Shown: positions 36,344 through 45,501, numbered from the stretch's first letter. The stretch is DNA of 54,077 nucleotides from a virus (IMGVR_UViG_3300046095_000185:1-54077); one strand, 5' to 3'. The notes: generated by a model from the letters alone, not told the origin. A program made the numbers and translations.

Positions 36344-36516
36344 AATGTAAAAAACTTTTTACCGTACTCTTTTTCTTCCGCCTTCAATCGTTCTTCCTTC
36401 GCTTTCTCACAGGCCTTGCACTTGCTTTGCCGCCCGTCGTACGATTCGGATGATCTCCTGAATTCGCTCAATGGCTTTTTGATCTTGCAGGTTGTGCAGG
36501 TGCGGGTTTGGGTCAT
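36340..36516 (-). CDS. Small zinc-finger protein
   Basis: CTTC...KPLSEF...CKAC; start placed at MTQT. Confidence 0.7.
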   Translation of the reverse strand: MTQTRTCTTCKIKKPLSEFRRSSESYDGRQSKCKACEKAKEERLKAEEKEYGKKFFTF

Positions 36517-36517
36517 G

Positions 36518-38305
36518 TTAGAAGGGTTGATCGTCGTTTGTGAATAACTCTTCTTTTTCCGGAGGCAATTGCTTCCAACTACCATTTCCTAATTCAATGG
36601 GAACTATCGGGTGTTCAGCTTTCATCCGGTCGGATTCTTTATGCATCGGCTGGCATTCCATAAAAACATACTGCCGTGTAAAAACATCATATCGATATGA
36701 GATATATCCTTTCTGACCCAGCCAGCTTTGTTTTACTTTTTGAATATAAACGGTCACAATGCCAGTAGCGAAATCAATGTAAACTGTAAGGCCATTATGA
36801 GTTTTATTGAAGAAATGCGCTGAACCGGAAATGTTGTACAGGTTTGGAATTTCAAACTTGCCGCTTTTATCTTTACCGATTTTAGTAGTATGAGCGATCA
36901 CAAAAACATGCACATCTCTTTTCCTGGCCCATTTAATAATCTTCGTATAAACAACACTCACGTATTCGGTGCCTTCAATACCGGTATTATTTTCGATCCA
37001 GTTCCAGGGATTAAGCCTTAGCCCGCGAATGCCGTGTTTTAAAACTAGCCTGTCAGCAATTGCAAGTAGCGAATCAATATCCGTTTCGATTTCCTCCGTT
37101 TTATAAAAAAAGAAATAGTGACCAATGAGCGTTATTGCTTCTTCAAATTCTTCAAATGATATTCGCTGATAGCTATCCTTTCTAAAATCAAATGATTTGC
37201 CAACTATTTTTTCCGCAAGTTTTGTTACTGTTTGCTCTGGCTCTTCCTCAAATCCAGCATCCGCCCATTTCCACTCGCAGTTAACAGCCAGTTTCGCCAT
37301 TGCCCAATTCGTATATTCATCCTTTCCATGGCCAGGTATACCTGTTATTGTTGTGACTTGCCTGGGGGCGAATGTTAACATTTGATCCAGTCCTGGTATT
37401 CCGGCTTTTGACCCTTTCGGGTAACCGTGTTCGTACCAACTCCTGATAGTATCGTACATTTCATCCATAGTTACTATCCCCTCCAATGGCCATTCTTTTG
37501 CTTTTTCAATCATTTCTTTCACAGCATCCTTGCCGTGAATTAAGAGCACTTCGTTCGAATCTTTACAGCCGTCTGGGTACTGAATCATAAAACATCTTTC
37601 CTTACCTAATCGCCGGGCAAGCTCCTCGCGTAATGCCAGCCCTGGTTCATCATAATCAACTGCGAGAATGATTTTTGTTTTCCCTTCAAACTCCTGCCAA
37701 CAGTTATCCAAGTACTCGAGTTTCATGCTTCCCCGGCTTGCTCCATTAGGAACACTCACTGAGTTGTAGATTCCGCATTCATGCATTGTCAAACAGTCGA
37801 TCTCGCCTTCAACGATAATAGCCGTTTCTTCGTCCCTTATCGCGTCCAGGTTGTAGAATATCATCTCAGCATCTTTAGCCATTTTAAAAGCCTTCTTCGG
37901 GCCTCTGAACTTGATGTTAACGAGTTGTTCCTCCCGGAAATAATTAAAGCAAATTACCCGGACATCTTTTTCAAATTGCGGCATCCATTCCATTGACTCC
38001 GTAACCTTAAATCGAAGCAGTGTATTGTTGCTGATCATGCGGTCCTTCTCAAAAAATGCCATCCCCTTTTCTGTGAGCTTTTCCAGCCTTGGCTGTGGTT
38101 TGACAAACTCTTTTTTAGGCCGATTCCTTTCGATTGCGTAACCTCTATACTCGCAGTTGTGACAATTGAAAGCGCCGGTTTGCGTGTCCACGCTGAGTGA
38201 TCTATTTTTTTTGTGCTTCCGTTCGTTGTGACATTTAGGGCAGTAAGCCTTTCCGCCTGAAACCTTTTGTGGGTCTATGCCGTATTTTTCCCAATTGAAT
38301 TTCAT
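36518..38305 (-). CDS. Twinkle/T7 gp4-type primase-helicase
   Basis: Zn ribbon CPKC...CHNC, TOPRIM IVEGEID and DYD, SF4 motifs GIPGHGK, FEE, IAH..K, ISGSAHF. Confidence 0.9.
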   Translation of the reverse strand: MKFNWEKYGIDPQKVSGGKAYCPKCHNERKHKKNRSLSVDTQTGAFNCHNCEYRGYAIERNRPKKEFVKPQPRLEKLTEKGMAFFEKDRMISNNTLLRFKVTESMEWMPQFEKDVRVICFNYFREEQLVNIKFRGPKKAFKMAKDAEMIFYNLDAIRDEETAIIVEGEIDCLTMHECGIYNSVSVPNGASRGSMKLEYLDNCWQEFEGKTKIILAVDYDEPGLALREELARRLGKERCFMIQYPDGCKDSNEVLLIHGKDAVKEMIEKAKEWPLEGIVTMDEMYDTIRSWYEHGYPKGSKAGIPGLDQMLTFAPRQVTTITGIPGHGKDEYTNWAMAKLAVNCEWKWADAGFEEEPEQTVTKLAEKIVGKSFDFRKDSYQRISFEEFEEAITLIGHYFFFYKTEEIETDIDSLLAIADRLVLKHGIRGLRLNPWNWIENNTGIEGTEYVSVVYTKIIKWARKRDVHVFVIAHTTKIGKDKSGKFEIPNLYNISGSAHFFNKTHNGLTVYIDFATGIVTVYIQKVKQSWLGQKGYISYRYDVFTRQYVFMECQPMHKESDRMKAEHPIVPIELGNGSWKQLPPEKEELFTNDDQPF

Positions 38306-38958
38306 CAACATACCATACCTCCCGCTTCAGTTGCATATTCAGTAAAACGCTTTGCGCCCCAATTGTGAAAATGTTTTCGCCATTCGATATAATTCGGATG
38401 ACTTTTGCCTTCGGCTAAAAGCATGATTTCAAAGTCACTGATCATTTTTTTGATCTCGTGATCGCTCAGTCGCCAATTCATGAGCAAGGGAACAGAAAAT
38501 GCCTTATCGTTTAAAAATGTTTCTTCGTGGGCGTGTTCTACTTCCTCTTCTACTTCTACTTCTAATTCAACTTCAGGCGGCGGGTGGCCGCCATTAGCGG
38601 CGGGTGGCGGCGGGTCTATTTCGTTCAAAAATTCGGGCGGACAGTCAGGGAAGCGTTTCTTTTTATTCCGTAAACGCTGTCCGAAGTTGTGTATTCGCAG
38701 GAACGTTTTGCCAGCATTCTTATAGACAACGATCAAACCGGCCTTCAGGAGCTCGTCCATCCAACGGGATATGTCGGCATCACGAACGGTGTCAATTCGT
38801 AGCGGATAACAATTCGATTTAATCAACTTTACATTACCATAGAAACTTCCATAATCATCAGCCTTCATCATTAACCTGTAAAACAATACCTCCGCATGTG
38901 CAGACAGTTTATCAACGTTTTCGCTATCAGTACAATCGCGGAGCATCCTATTCGCCAT
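38305..38958 (-). CDS. Replication initiator-like protein
   Basis: N-terminal winged-helix pattern (LS..AEVLFYRL...ADDYG; L...GLI..Y); EVE linker; HF.NW C-terminus; upstream of the helicase. Confidence 0.65.
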   Translation of the reverse strand: MANRMLRDCTDSENVDKLSAHAEVLFYRLMMKADDYGSFYGNVKLIKSNCYPLRIDTVRDADISRWMDELLKAGLIVVYKNAGKTFLRIHNFGQRLRNKKKRFPDCPPEFLNEIDPPPPAANGGHPPPEVELEVEVEEEVEHAHEETFLNDKAFSVPLLMNWRLSDHEIKKMISDFEIMLLAEGKSHPNYIEWRKHFHNWGAKRFTEYATEAGGMVC

Positions 38959-38967
38959 CTGTAATTT

Positions 38968-39660
38968 TTATGGGTTATTGGATTTTCGGTTTTCTTTTTT
39001 CATTCGTTCTATCGAATCATGGCAAGGGCCACAAACAGAAACCAGATCGAAGCACGGTTCGCTGCCAAATAGATCAACGAATTCATAGCTTTTGTGATGA
39101 ACCTGGGTGGCGTAATTATTTAAACAACATTGACATATGTAATTATCCCGCTTCAATACCAAGTCACGCTTATTCTTCCATTCAGGACTTTGCAGGTATT
39201 TAGTATATAACCGCATCCATTCATCGCGCCTTGATTCACGCTGTTGGGCATGCTGTTTATTTCTGACTTCATTTATCTTGCTATTAGCAAGGCGGTATTG
39301 CTCCCGCATTGTTGCAAATCTCAACTCCCGCAATGGCTCATTTAAAATTGGTAGTGATTCTTTTTGCTCTTTCGTTAAGCCACCCAGGGCGCCTGGCTTA
39401 ACATTTCCGCAATTATGGCATTGTTCTTTAACTTGAATAGTTCCGGCAGATGTGATCAGTTTTACTTTCTTGTAATCAGAATTATTACAACAGGTGTCAT
39501 GATCTGTTATTTTACTGTAGTCGAAACAATTCTCACATATTTCAACCTTCATGTGAGGTAATTCCTCAATAGTTAATTTATGGTCACATCTTGGGCATCT
39601 CGTGGCATCCGTCTTATTGGACTGCTCCCGTATTCTATTTAAAACATCTCTGGTACTCAT
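38968..39660 (-). CDS. Zinc-ribbon plus HNH endonuclease
   Basis: Several CxxC; YL.SPEW...R..VLKRD.Y.CQ.C...VHH..Y...L..VC..CH. Confidence 0.8.
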   Translation of the reverse strand: MSTRDVLNRIREQSNKTDATRCPRCDHKLTIEELPHMKVEICENCFDYSKITDHDTCCNNSDYKKVKLITSAGTIQVKEQCHNCGNVKPGALGGLTKEQKESLPILNEPLRELRFATMREQYRLANSKINEVRNKQHAQQRESRRDEWMRLYTKYLQSPEWKNKRDLVLKRDNYICQCCLNNYATQVHHKSYEFVDLFGSEPCFDLVSVCGPCHDSIERMKKENRKSNNP

Positions 39661-39696
39661 TTCTACAACTCCTTTTAGTTAGGTTGTAGGGTCGGA

Positions 39697-39888
39697 TCAA
39701 AATAGAAACACGTAATTATTCCTGCTCAAATACCTTCTCCTGATTGCCTGGTCAACGCTAACGGTATCGGTCGCCTCTATGCTGTCAAGCTCTTTAACGA
39801 TTTCCAGGTAATCCTTTATCGTTGCGTCGGCATTCTCTTTAACCAGGTCGCGTATCAACTTATCTTTCGCTGCAAGGGTCATACTCAC
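39697..39888 (-). CDS. Hypothetical protein
   Basis: ORF in operon orientation. Confidence 0.6.
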   Translation of the reverse strand: MSMTLAAKDKLIRDLVKENADATIKDYLEIVKELDSIEATDTVSVDQAIRRRYLSRNNYVFLF

Positions 39889-39907
39889 GGTATTGGGTCA
39901 CTTAAAA

Positions 39908-40657
39908 TTATTTCCACACAATTACATAATCGTGGCAGGCTTCAAGTTCTGCGTTCAGAATCTTATCCCCTTCCAGTTCTGTTAACTCCGCCAGTTCTAC
40001 GGACTCTAACCAGAACTTTGTAGACCCATCAGATGAATCAAGGATGATTTCAATGCGAATTTTTTTAGAATCCTGCCCTTTAAAAATCGGAATGTTCAAA
40101 ATGAAATCTTCCGGGATATTACTGATAATGGTTTTATCAAAAGAATTAGAACGGTTACCGCGATTATCGGCAGCGTTGTTCTTAAGATCAGCAGTCACTT
40201 TAACATCAAGGCACATATATGCCTTCAGTAATGTTTCATATGCTGGCACATCATGAAACCAGCGTTTTGTAAACTTTAATAGTTTTATGAGTTCTTGCTG
40301 TGTGAATTTTTTGCCAGTGTTGATAGCAAACTTTTCCAGGTCGGGGTTCGGTTCCATCTTTGCGGTGATTATAGCGCCATTGGGATCTTCCGGATTGAGC
40401 GAAAGTGTGATCATCTTTTTTTCTCTGTCAACTTCAACAATGGCGCGATCGGGAATGATTTCCTGCAATCCGGGATTTCCATTATACATTACTCCATCAA
40501 AGCCTTTTAATTTCCTTTTCTCAATGAAAGACGTCACAGTTTTAATATCGCCAGTGATCCTGATCTTCTCGGGCAATAATAACGGCAGCGCATCACCTTC
40601 CCGGATGGTCAACGTTGTTCCTTCTAACTGTTCAATTTTAACATGTAAATTCTCCAT
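39908..40657 (-). CDS. Conserved phage protein (YfdQ/DUF2303-like)
   Basis: IPE.F.LNIPIFKG pattern; paired with a small upstream gene. Confidence 0.5.
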   Translation of the reverse strand: MENLHVKIEQLEGTTLTIREGDALPLLLPEKIRITGDIKTVTSFIEKRKLKGFDGVMYNGNPGLQEIIPDRAIVEVDREKKMITLSLNPEDPNGAIITAKMEPNPDLEKFAINTGKKFTQQELIKLLKFTKRWFHDVPAYETLLKAYMCLDVKVTADLKNNAADNRGNRSNSFDKTIISNIPEDFILNIPIFKGQDSKKIRIEIILDSSDGSTKFWLESVELAELTELEGDKILNAELEACHDYVIVWK

Positions 40658-40707
40658 GATGTTATTTAAGGAGTGAATGAATGAGTTTGAAGGGCCGGAT
40701 TAAAATG

Positions 40708-41130
40708 TTATTGATCATTAGCAGCGGGCTTCAGAAAGTTGATACGCTGCTGCTGTTCTTCCGGACGTAACCTGCGCGATGAAACGAATTCACCATTAGC
40801 ATCGTAGGTAATCATTAGCTTATCATCAAAGTCGGGCACAAAGAAAAGCTCACCTTTTACCTCGGCCTGGCCGGTATCGATCTCGTGCATAAGATCGTTA
40901 TTACGAGCTGCCAGGGGTTCTGTTTGGGCCTTAAAATCACCCTTGATTTCCTTTAATTCTTCATCGAGCTTGAACTTTTTTATTGAGTTGATCGCGAGCT
41001 CATGTTGCCGGGTATCAATCTCATCCTGGTTGAGTTGTTTGTAATAAGTTTCGACCGCGCTGTCGTGGTTGTCCTTGAGTACCCTCAGTCTTTCTTCGGG
41101 CTTTAGTTCCGGCATAAATGTTTTCGACAT
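40708..41130 (-). CDS. Conserved phage coiled-coil protein, partner of 39908-40657
   Basis: Coiled coil; Y...GE.V.SR.L.PEE.Q C-terminus. Confidence 0.6.
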   Translation of the reverse strand: MSKTFMPELKPEERLRVLKDNHDSAVETYYKQLNQDEIDTRQHELAINSIKKFKLDEELKEIKGDFKAQTEPLAARNNDLMHEIDTGQAEVKGELFFVPDFDDKLMITYDANGEFVSSRRLRPEEQQQRINFLKPAANDQ

Positions 41131-41161
41131 GTTATTGATTTTGGTTTTGAATATTGGGTGG

Positions 41162-42589
41162 TTAAGCGCTCAATGTTTCCCCTTTCACTTCCTCATAATC
41201 TTCCACTATACAATTATCACGAAGCAAAATGCAATTCTTATCAGCCACTTTTGTTTTGCCGACCATTTCAACGACAAGCTGAAAGCCTTTACCGGTGAGA
41301 TATTCTTCAATCTCTTTCTGCTTGTCTTCATCCATGAGGTTAAAGTCCTGGAGGAATACATACTTTAGTTCGGGCTGAGTGGTAGCAATGAGTACCGGTA
41401 TGATTTTCAAAAGTTCGCCGGTACTGAAATACTCTTGCTTTATTGGCTTGCCATTAAGCAGCAATTCACCGTCTTCGCCTACTGATAGGTTACTAAATGG
41501 GAATTTAAAAGACTTGATGTAATCCAGGCGTTCAGCTTCGGTTGCTGCTTGCGCTTCCTTGTTGGTTTTGAGCGCAGTTTCGTAAACGCCTTTCTTTGTT
41601 TTCTTTTCGAGGTACTGCTCGTAAAGCATTGCGCTGTTGTTTGTTTCACCGGCGGCAACAATCTGCGTATCGATGGCATCAAGCTCGGCGCGGTCGGGAA
41701 GTTCGGGGATGTATGTAGGTTCGGTAGGGTATAGCGGTTCAGAGCTTTTTGTTTCTTCTGGCTTTCCTAACGACTTAATCCAGTCGCTTACTTCGTATCC
41801 ACCGTAACCCAACCCTTCAAGTTGAGAATATAACTTAGTGGCCTGCTCGATGGTGTTTTCCAGTGCAATCTGCACGTTATTGAAAACAGAGCATTCCTTA
41901 TCAACCAAATCACAGGCTTCTTCCCATGCCTTCTTAGTCGCCTCATTTGCCTTTTTGTTTTCCAGGTACAAGGTATTCAGCTTATCGGCTATCTCTTTCT
42001 TTTGAGCCTGCAATGCGCTTACGTCCACCTTTTCAACTTTCTCCATTTCGGAGAGATCGCCGAACGATCTGTATACCGCATTGATTTCCGTGTATTCTTT
42101 TTTCTTTGTAGCAATAGCATCGTCGAACGTTTTCGTGTCGATCCCCAGGGCTTTCGCCTGGTCGCGGGCTGATAGATCGAGAAACCGTTTCGGGCTGATA
42201 AGGAAAATATTAAATAATGAATTCAGCCATTCCTGATCGAGTGCACCGTAGCTTTCGGGCGCCTCAATTTGCAATTCACTGCCGGTCTTTGTAATCTTCC
42301 GGCTGATCTTAATTTCTGCGTTGTCGTTCTTTTCGTCAACCAAAATGATATGATTCTTTGAGGTGGCGCCATTGTCGCCTATAAACCTGAATCGTTCCGA
42401 GATCACCGGGGTAGTGCCGTTTGTTGCTTTTTCGGCTATGCCTTGAAATATCGCCTGTACGCCTGTTAGGCCTAACGTGCTTTTCCCACTTCCGTTCTTC
42501 CCTACAAAAAAATTGACATTTGGGTCAAGGCTGACAGTTACTTTCGAATATTCAGCAAAGTTGTTAAGTGATATTTCTTTGATTTTCAT
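41162..42589 (-). CDS. SMC/Rad50-like ABC ATPase
   Basis: Walker A GKNGSGKS, long coiled coil, signature FSTGE, Walker B-like VFLQD. Confidence 0.8.
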   Translation of the reverse strand: MKIKEISLNNFAEYSKVTVSLDPNVNFFVGKNGSGKSTLGLTGVQAIFQGIAEKATNGTTPVISERFRFIGDNGATSKNHIILVDEKNDNAEIKISRKITKTGSELQIEAPESYGALDQEWLNSLFNIFLISPKRFLDLSARDQAKALGIDTKTFDDAIATKKKEYTEINAVYRSFGDLSEMEKVEKVDVSALQAQKKEIADKLNTLYLENKKANEATKKAWEEACDLVDKECSVFNNVQIALENTIEQATKLYSQLEGLGYGGYEVSDWIKSLGKPEETKSSEPLYPTEPTYIPELPDRAELDAIDTQIVAAGETNNSAMLYEQYLEKKTKKGVYETALKTNKEAQAATEAERLDYIKSFKFPFSNLSVGEDGELLLNGKPIKQEYFSTGELLKIIPVLIATTQPELKYVFLQDFNLMDEDKQKEIEEYLTGKGFQLVVEMVGKTKVADKNCILLRDNCIVEDYEEVKGETLSA

Positions 42590-42592
42590 GGC

Positions 42593-42841
42593 TTATAAAG
42601 AATTGAATTCGTTTTCTAATTGTTCGAGTTCCTTTTTGTAACCGGCAAGGGAAAGAGCTTTTGCTACATCGAAAGGTATGTGCTTAGCATGTACATAACT
42701 GTAATTTTGATTTGGAAAATTGGAACCAATTTCAGCGCTACCTTTAAATGATGTAGCCTTTTCCCAGCGATCAATATTTGTTTTTGTGGCTGCTATTTTT
42801 GGCAACAATTCTTCTGCCCTTTTAAATGATTCTCCTGTCAT
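42593..42841 (-). CDS. Hypothetical protein
   Basis: Packed ORF; common phage L..LE.EF..L ending. Confidence 0.7.
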   Translation of the reverse strand: MTGESFKRAEELLPKIAATKTNIDRWEKATSFKGSAEIGSNFPNQNYSYVHAKHIPFDVAKALSLAGYKKELEQLENEFNSL

Positions 42842-42859
42842 ATTTATTTTTTAATGGGG

Positions 42860-43594
42860 TTAAACAATTAAAGCATTTGCATCCTGTACTACAATAGCGT
42901 TTACCTCTTTATCGTGTTCTGCAATCATTACCGGCGGATTTCCCAACACATCAACAAAGATGATTTCACGCAGCATGGCAACGGCCCTTTTCAACCGTTC
43001 GTCAAGCTCCTTACAATATGCTGCGTCATAAGGAACAGACAGAACTTTCAGCCGAACTTCACGCGATAATGGCCGTGGATCATAGCTTACAAAGTATCCG
43101 TTCTTAAACCCGGTACACATCATATTGAACTGCAGTTGCCCGTAATATAATGGCTTTACATCTTTCAAATCGGCGCCATCTTTCATGCGCCAATACTTAA
43201 TATGGTGCGTTGATACTTCCGGGCATTTGATTTCAAAGACCGATCGCAATTGTGGCACAATTCCATCAGGCGAACCGCCCGCCCATTGTTTAACTGGTTC
43301 GTAGGGGTAAAACTTCGGGCTGTTCTTGCCGTAATACTCAATGCTGATTTTTAAATGTTCAGCAAATGCCGCAGCAGCTTCTGCTTCGTATTGATTCCCC
43401 CACTCAATAGCTTTCATTCCGTCCAGGTCGGCAACTGGTAACTGGTTGAATATTTCGGCGGCCCGGCTTTCGATGTAGGTTTCTGCTGTATCAGAGAAGT
43501 ACTGATCTTTTGCGCGTCCTTTACCAATCAGCTTCCCGATTTCGGAGGCTGAGAATTTTCCCAGCCTTTCCGATTTCCATTCCTTTTCGTTCAT
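42860..43594 (-). CDS. YqaJ/lambda-exonuclease family protein
   Basis: W...R.GKFSAS, WG...E, GSPDG, EIKCP, Y.QLQ..M, SYDPR. Confidence 0.9.
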   Translation of the reverse strand: MNEKEWKSERLGKFSASEIGKLIGKGRAKDQYFSDTAETYIESRAAEIFNQLPVADLDGMKAIEWGNQYEAEAAAAFAEHLKISIEYYGKNSPKFYPYEPVKQWAGGSPDGIVPQLRSVFEIKCPEVSTHHIKYWRMKDGADLKDVKPLYYGQLQFNMMCTGFKNGYFVSYDPRPLSREVRLKVLSVPYDAAYCKELDERLKRAVAMLREIIFVDVLGNPPVMIAEHDKEVNAIVVQDANALIV

Positions 43595-44316
43595 TGCTTC
43601 AGCGCATTTAAGGCGTTATTCATTTGGCCGGTCCGTTGATCCGTATTAGCCAACTCAGCGTTGGAAATGTCTTCTGATTCATCAGCGGTACCCATGCCCA
43701 TTAACACATCGGGCGCGTACAGCCGACCGAAGAAAGCGGCTGCCCGGTAACGGAACATTAGTTCCGGCATGGTCTTCCATTTGCTCCCCCCTTTGGTTGT
43801 CCAGCCTTCGGCAGTCGCCATTTTCCATGTAACTTTTGGCCCTTCCAGGATCTCACCACTTTGATCTTTCGCCCATGCGGTGCAACCATATTCATCACCC
43901 TCGCCGTCCATTTTGAAACGAAGCGGGCTGAAGCGTTTACAACTGTTTAAGGCCGATATAATAAACTGACTACTCCATGATGGTCGACCCTGAATGATGT
44001 TTAGATTTTGCATTACCATCAGCGGAGAGGCGCCGATCCGGTTGGCCATTTCCAGCGCGATCATGATGTTGGGAATATTGTTCTGGTATTCTTTTGGCAC
44101 CAGGCTTGATGTGGTCATCATCTTCGCAACTCGTTGCGAATGCTCGAACACGGCCTTGTCGGCGAATACCGGCATCGCTGGTAGCATGGTTAACGCTTGC
44201 TGATCAATCACGGCTGGGACTGTAGCGGGAGGCTGAGCCTCGGCCACAGGCGCAACTGCTTCCGCAGTTGTCGCTGGCGCTTTGTCTTCGAATGGTAGCG
44301 TTTGTTTATTTTCCAT
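43591..44316 (-). CDS. RecT/Bet-like ssDNA-annealing protein
   Basis: VP..YQ...N..IA...A.R.G..P..VMQNL..I.GRP, W..MPE.M..YRA; adjacent to the exonuclease. Confidence 0.75.
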   Translation of the reverse strand: MENKQTLPFEDKAPATTAEAVAPVAEAQPPATVPAVIDQQALTMLPAMPVFADKAVFEHSQRVAKMMTTSSLVPKEYQNNIPNIMIALEMANRIGASPLMVMQNLNIIQGRPSWSSQFIISALNSCKRFSPLRFKMDGEGDEYGCTAWAKDQSGEILEGPKVTWKMATAEGWTTKGGSKWKTMPELMFRYRAAAFFGRLYAPDVLMGMGTADESEDISNAELANTDQRTGQMNNALNALKQ

Positions 44317-44399
44317 AACTTTATCCTGTTTATAATGTTGATTGTGTTTTAAAGTAGAGCCGGCGCTAACCGACTCCCTCGCTTTGCTGCTTCGCTCCT

Positions 44400-44513
44400 T
44401 TAACCTTCTGTCGTTCCTTCTTCTGCATCCTGCGTTTCCATCGCAGTGTCCTGCGCCGCTGATTCAGTGGCTGCTACGGTTGCTTCTTCTGTTTTTACGT
44501 TCGGATCTATCAT
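44400..44513 (-). CDS. 37-aa acidic peptide (MIDPNVKTEEATVAATESAAQDTAMETQDAEEGTTEG)
   Basis: Not in the ORF track; AT-rich leader; sits between two hairpins in operon orientation. Confidence 0.6.
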   Translation of the reverse strand: MIDPNVKTEEATVAATESAAQDTAMETQDAEEGTTEG

Positions 44514-44539
44514 ATTTAAAGCCCCTCCTGTGGGCTGGT

Positions 44540-44845
44540 TTAAACTTTCTCGTAAACAATCACTTTCTTTTCAACTTCTTTAACTTCACAAATTGAATTA
44601 ATATCATATTCCAATCCCATATCCGATGGACTATTATCGCCAGTCATGTAAAAGTCATTAAACCCTATATTCATTCCTTTTATATCCACCACGTTAAACA
44701 TATCATCATACCATCTATGGCTGCCAATCTTTTCAGAGTAAACCTTTTTAGCCTCCCTTACAATTTCAAATAATGTAAGGTCATCGGTTTGCCAATTTCT
44801 AGAAATAGCATACTCTGTTAAATGCTGTTTTATTTTTTCATTCAT
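44540..44845 (-). CDS. Hypothetical protein
   Basis: ORF with AT-rich leader; HRW...V motif. Confidence 0.7.
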   Translation of the reverse strand: MNEKIKQHLTEYAISRNWQTDDLTLFEIVREAKKVYSEKIGSHRWYDDMFNVVDIKGMNIGFNDFYMTGDNSPSDMGLEYDINSICEVKEVEKKVIVYEKV

Positions 44846-44866
44846 ATACTTAATTATTTGCTTTTT

Positions 44867-44897
44867 AAAAACCCCGACGGCAGATAAACCGCCGGGG
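44867..44897 (-). terminator. Intrinsic terminator/hairpin
   Basis: CCCCGGCGG...CCGTCGGGG followed by TTTTT on the minus strand. Confidence 0.65.
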
Positions 44898-45014
44898 ACC
44901 CATTAAACCAAATCCTATAAAAATAAACCCGTAGAACTCTTTTAAGAAGGCCCCGGTATACGCCAGGGCCGTTGTTGTGCCTTATCAAGCACAGCTAACA
45001 TTAAACCTTCCTAG

Positions 45015-45081
45015 TGGATCGGAGCAGAATTGAACTACTATTGCCCGTATACAAGGCGTCCTACCGTTAGACGACCGACCC
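45015..45081 (-). tRNA. tRNA-like element (67 nt) with a shortened anticodon arm; identity not assignable
   Basis: Acceptor GGGTCGG/CCGATCC+A, D arm GTC-TAACGGTAG-GAC, T arm AGTAG-TTCAATT-CTGCT; only 18 nt between D and T arms. Confidence 0.75.
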
Positions 45082-45135
45082 GTCAACCGGTCTTTACTTA
45101 CTATCCCGCAGATCCGGTTAACAGCGAATGAAGAA

Positions 45136-45229
45136 TTATTGACCACACCAACATTAAACCGCCACCCTTAGCTGGTCGGGCGTTAACACTAACCCCGTTG
45201 GGGATCGCGCGGCTTTTAGTAGTCAATAA
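45136..45229 (-). ncRNA. Candidate structured ncRNA (three-way junction)
   Basis: Stems TTATTGACTAC/GTGGTCAATAA, AAGCCGC/GCGGTTT, CCCC/GGGG, CGCCC/GGGTG; wobble pairs are G-U only on the minus strand. Confidence 0.5.
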
Positions 45230-45309
45230 AGAATTTAATTCAAAGAGCTTTTAAAAATCCAGCATGTAGAAACATGCCGGCTGTTGATAGTGGGCCGTTA
45301 TGAAAAACT

Positions 45310-45501
45310 TCATTCAATCTCTTTAGCTGCTTCCTCGTACCTCCTATCCAACCGCTCGAACAGTGATGCCATCCATGCCAATATTACCACTACTGCCATT
45401 CTGAATATTTTTAGGGTATAGAGTTCATACAGCACAAAGAACGTGATCAGCAACGCTGACGGCGCGGTTAGGGATAACAATATTATTGTTGACGCTTCCA
45501 T
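45310..45501 (-). CDS. Small membrane protein
   Basis: Two hydrophobic segments. Confidence 0.6.
   Translation of the reverse strand: MEASTIILLSLTAPSALLITFFVLYELYTLKIFRMAVVVILAWMASLFERLDRRYEEAAKEIE

Noticed and set aside
44940-45014. Theta/HDV-like ribozyme 3' of the tRNA-like element
   Set aside because: Only simple hairpins; no nested double-pseudoknot pattern could be built by eye
45015-45081. Suppressor tRNA or genetic-code reassignment
   Set aside because: No CTA/TTA/TCA in the loop; genes are full length and densely packed under code 11
45157-45168. AAACCGCCACCC shared with early repeat copy 1 (49403-49414)
   Set aside because: Only 12 nt, on the non-transcribed strand here, and lacks the ACGG-loop hairpin; probably chance
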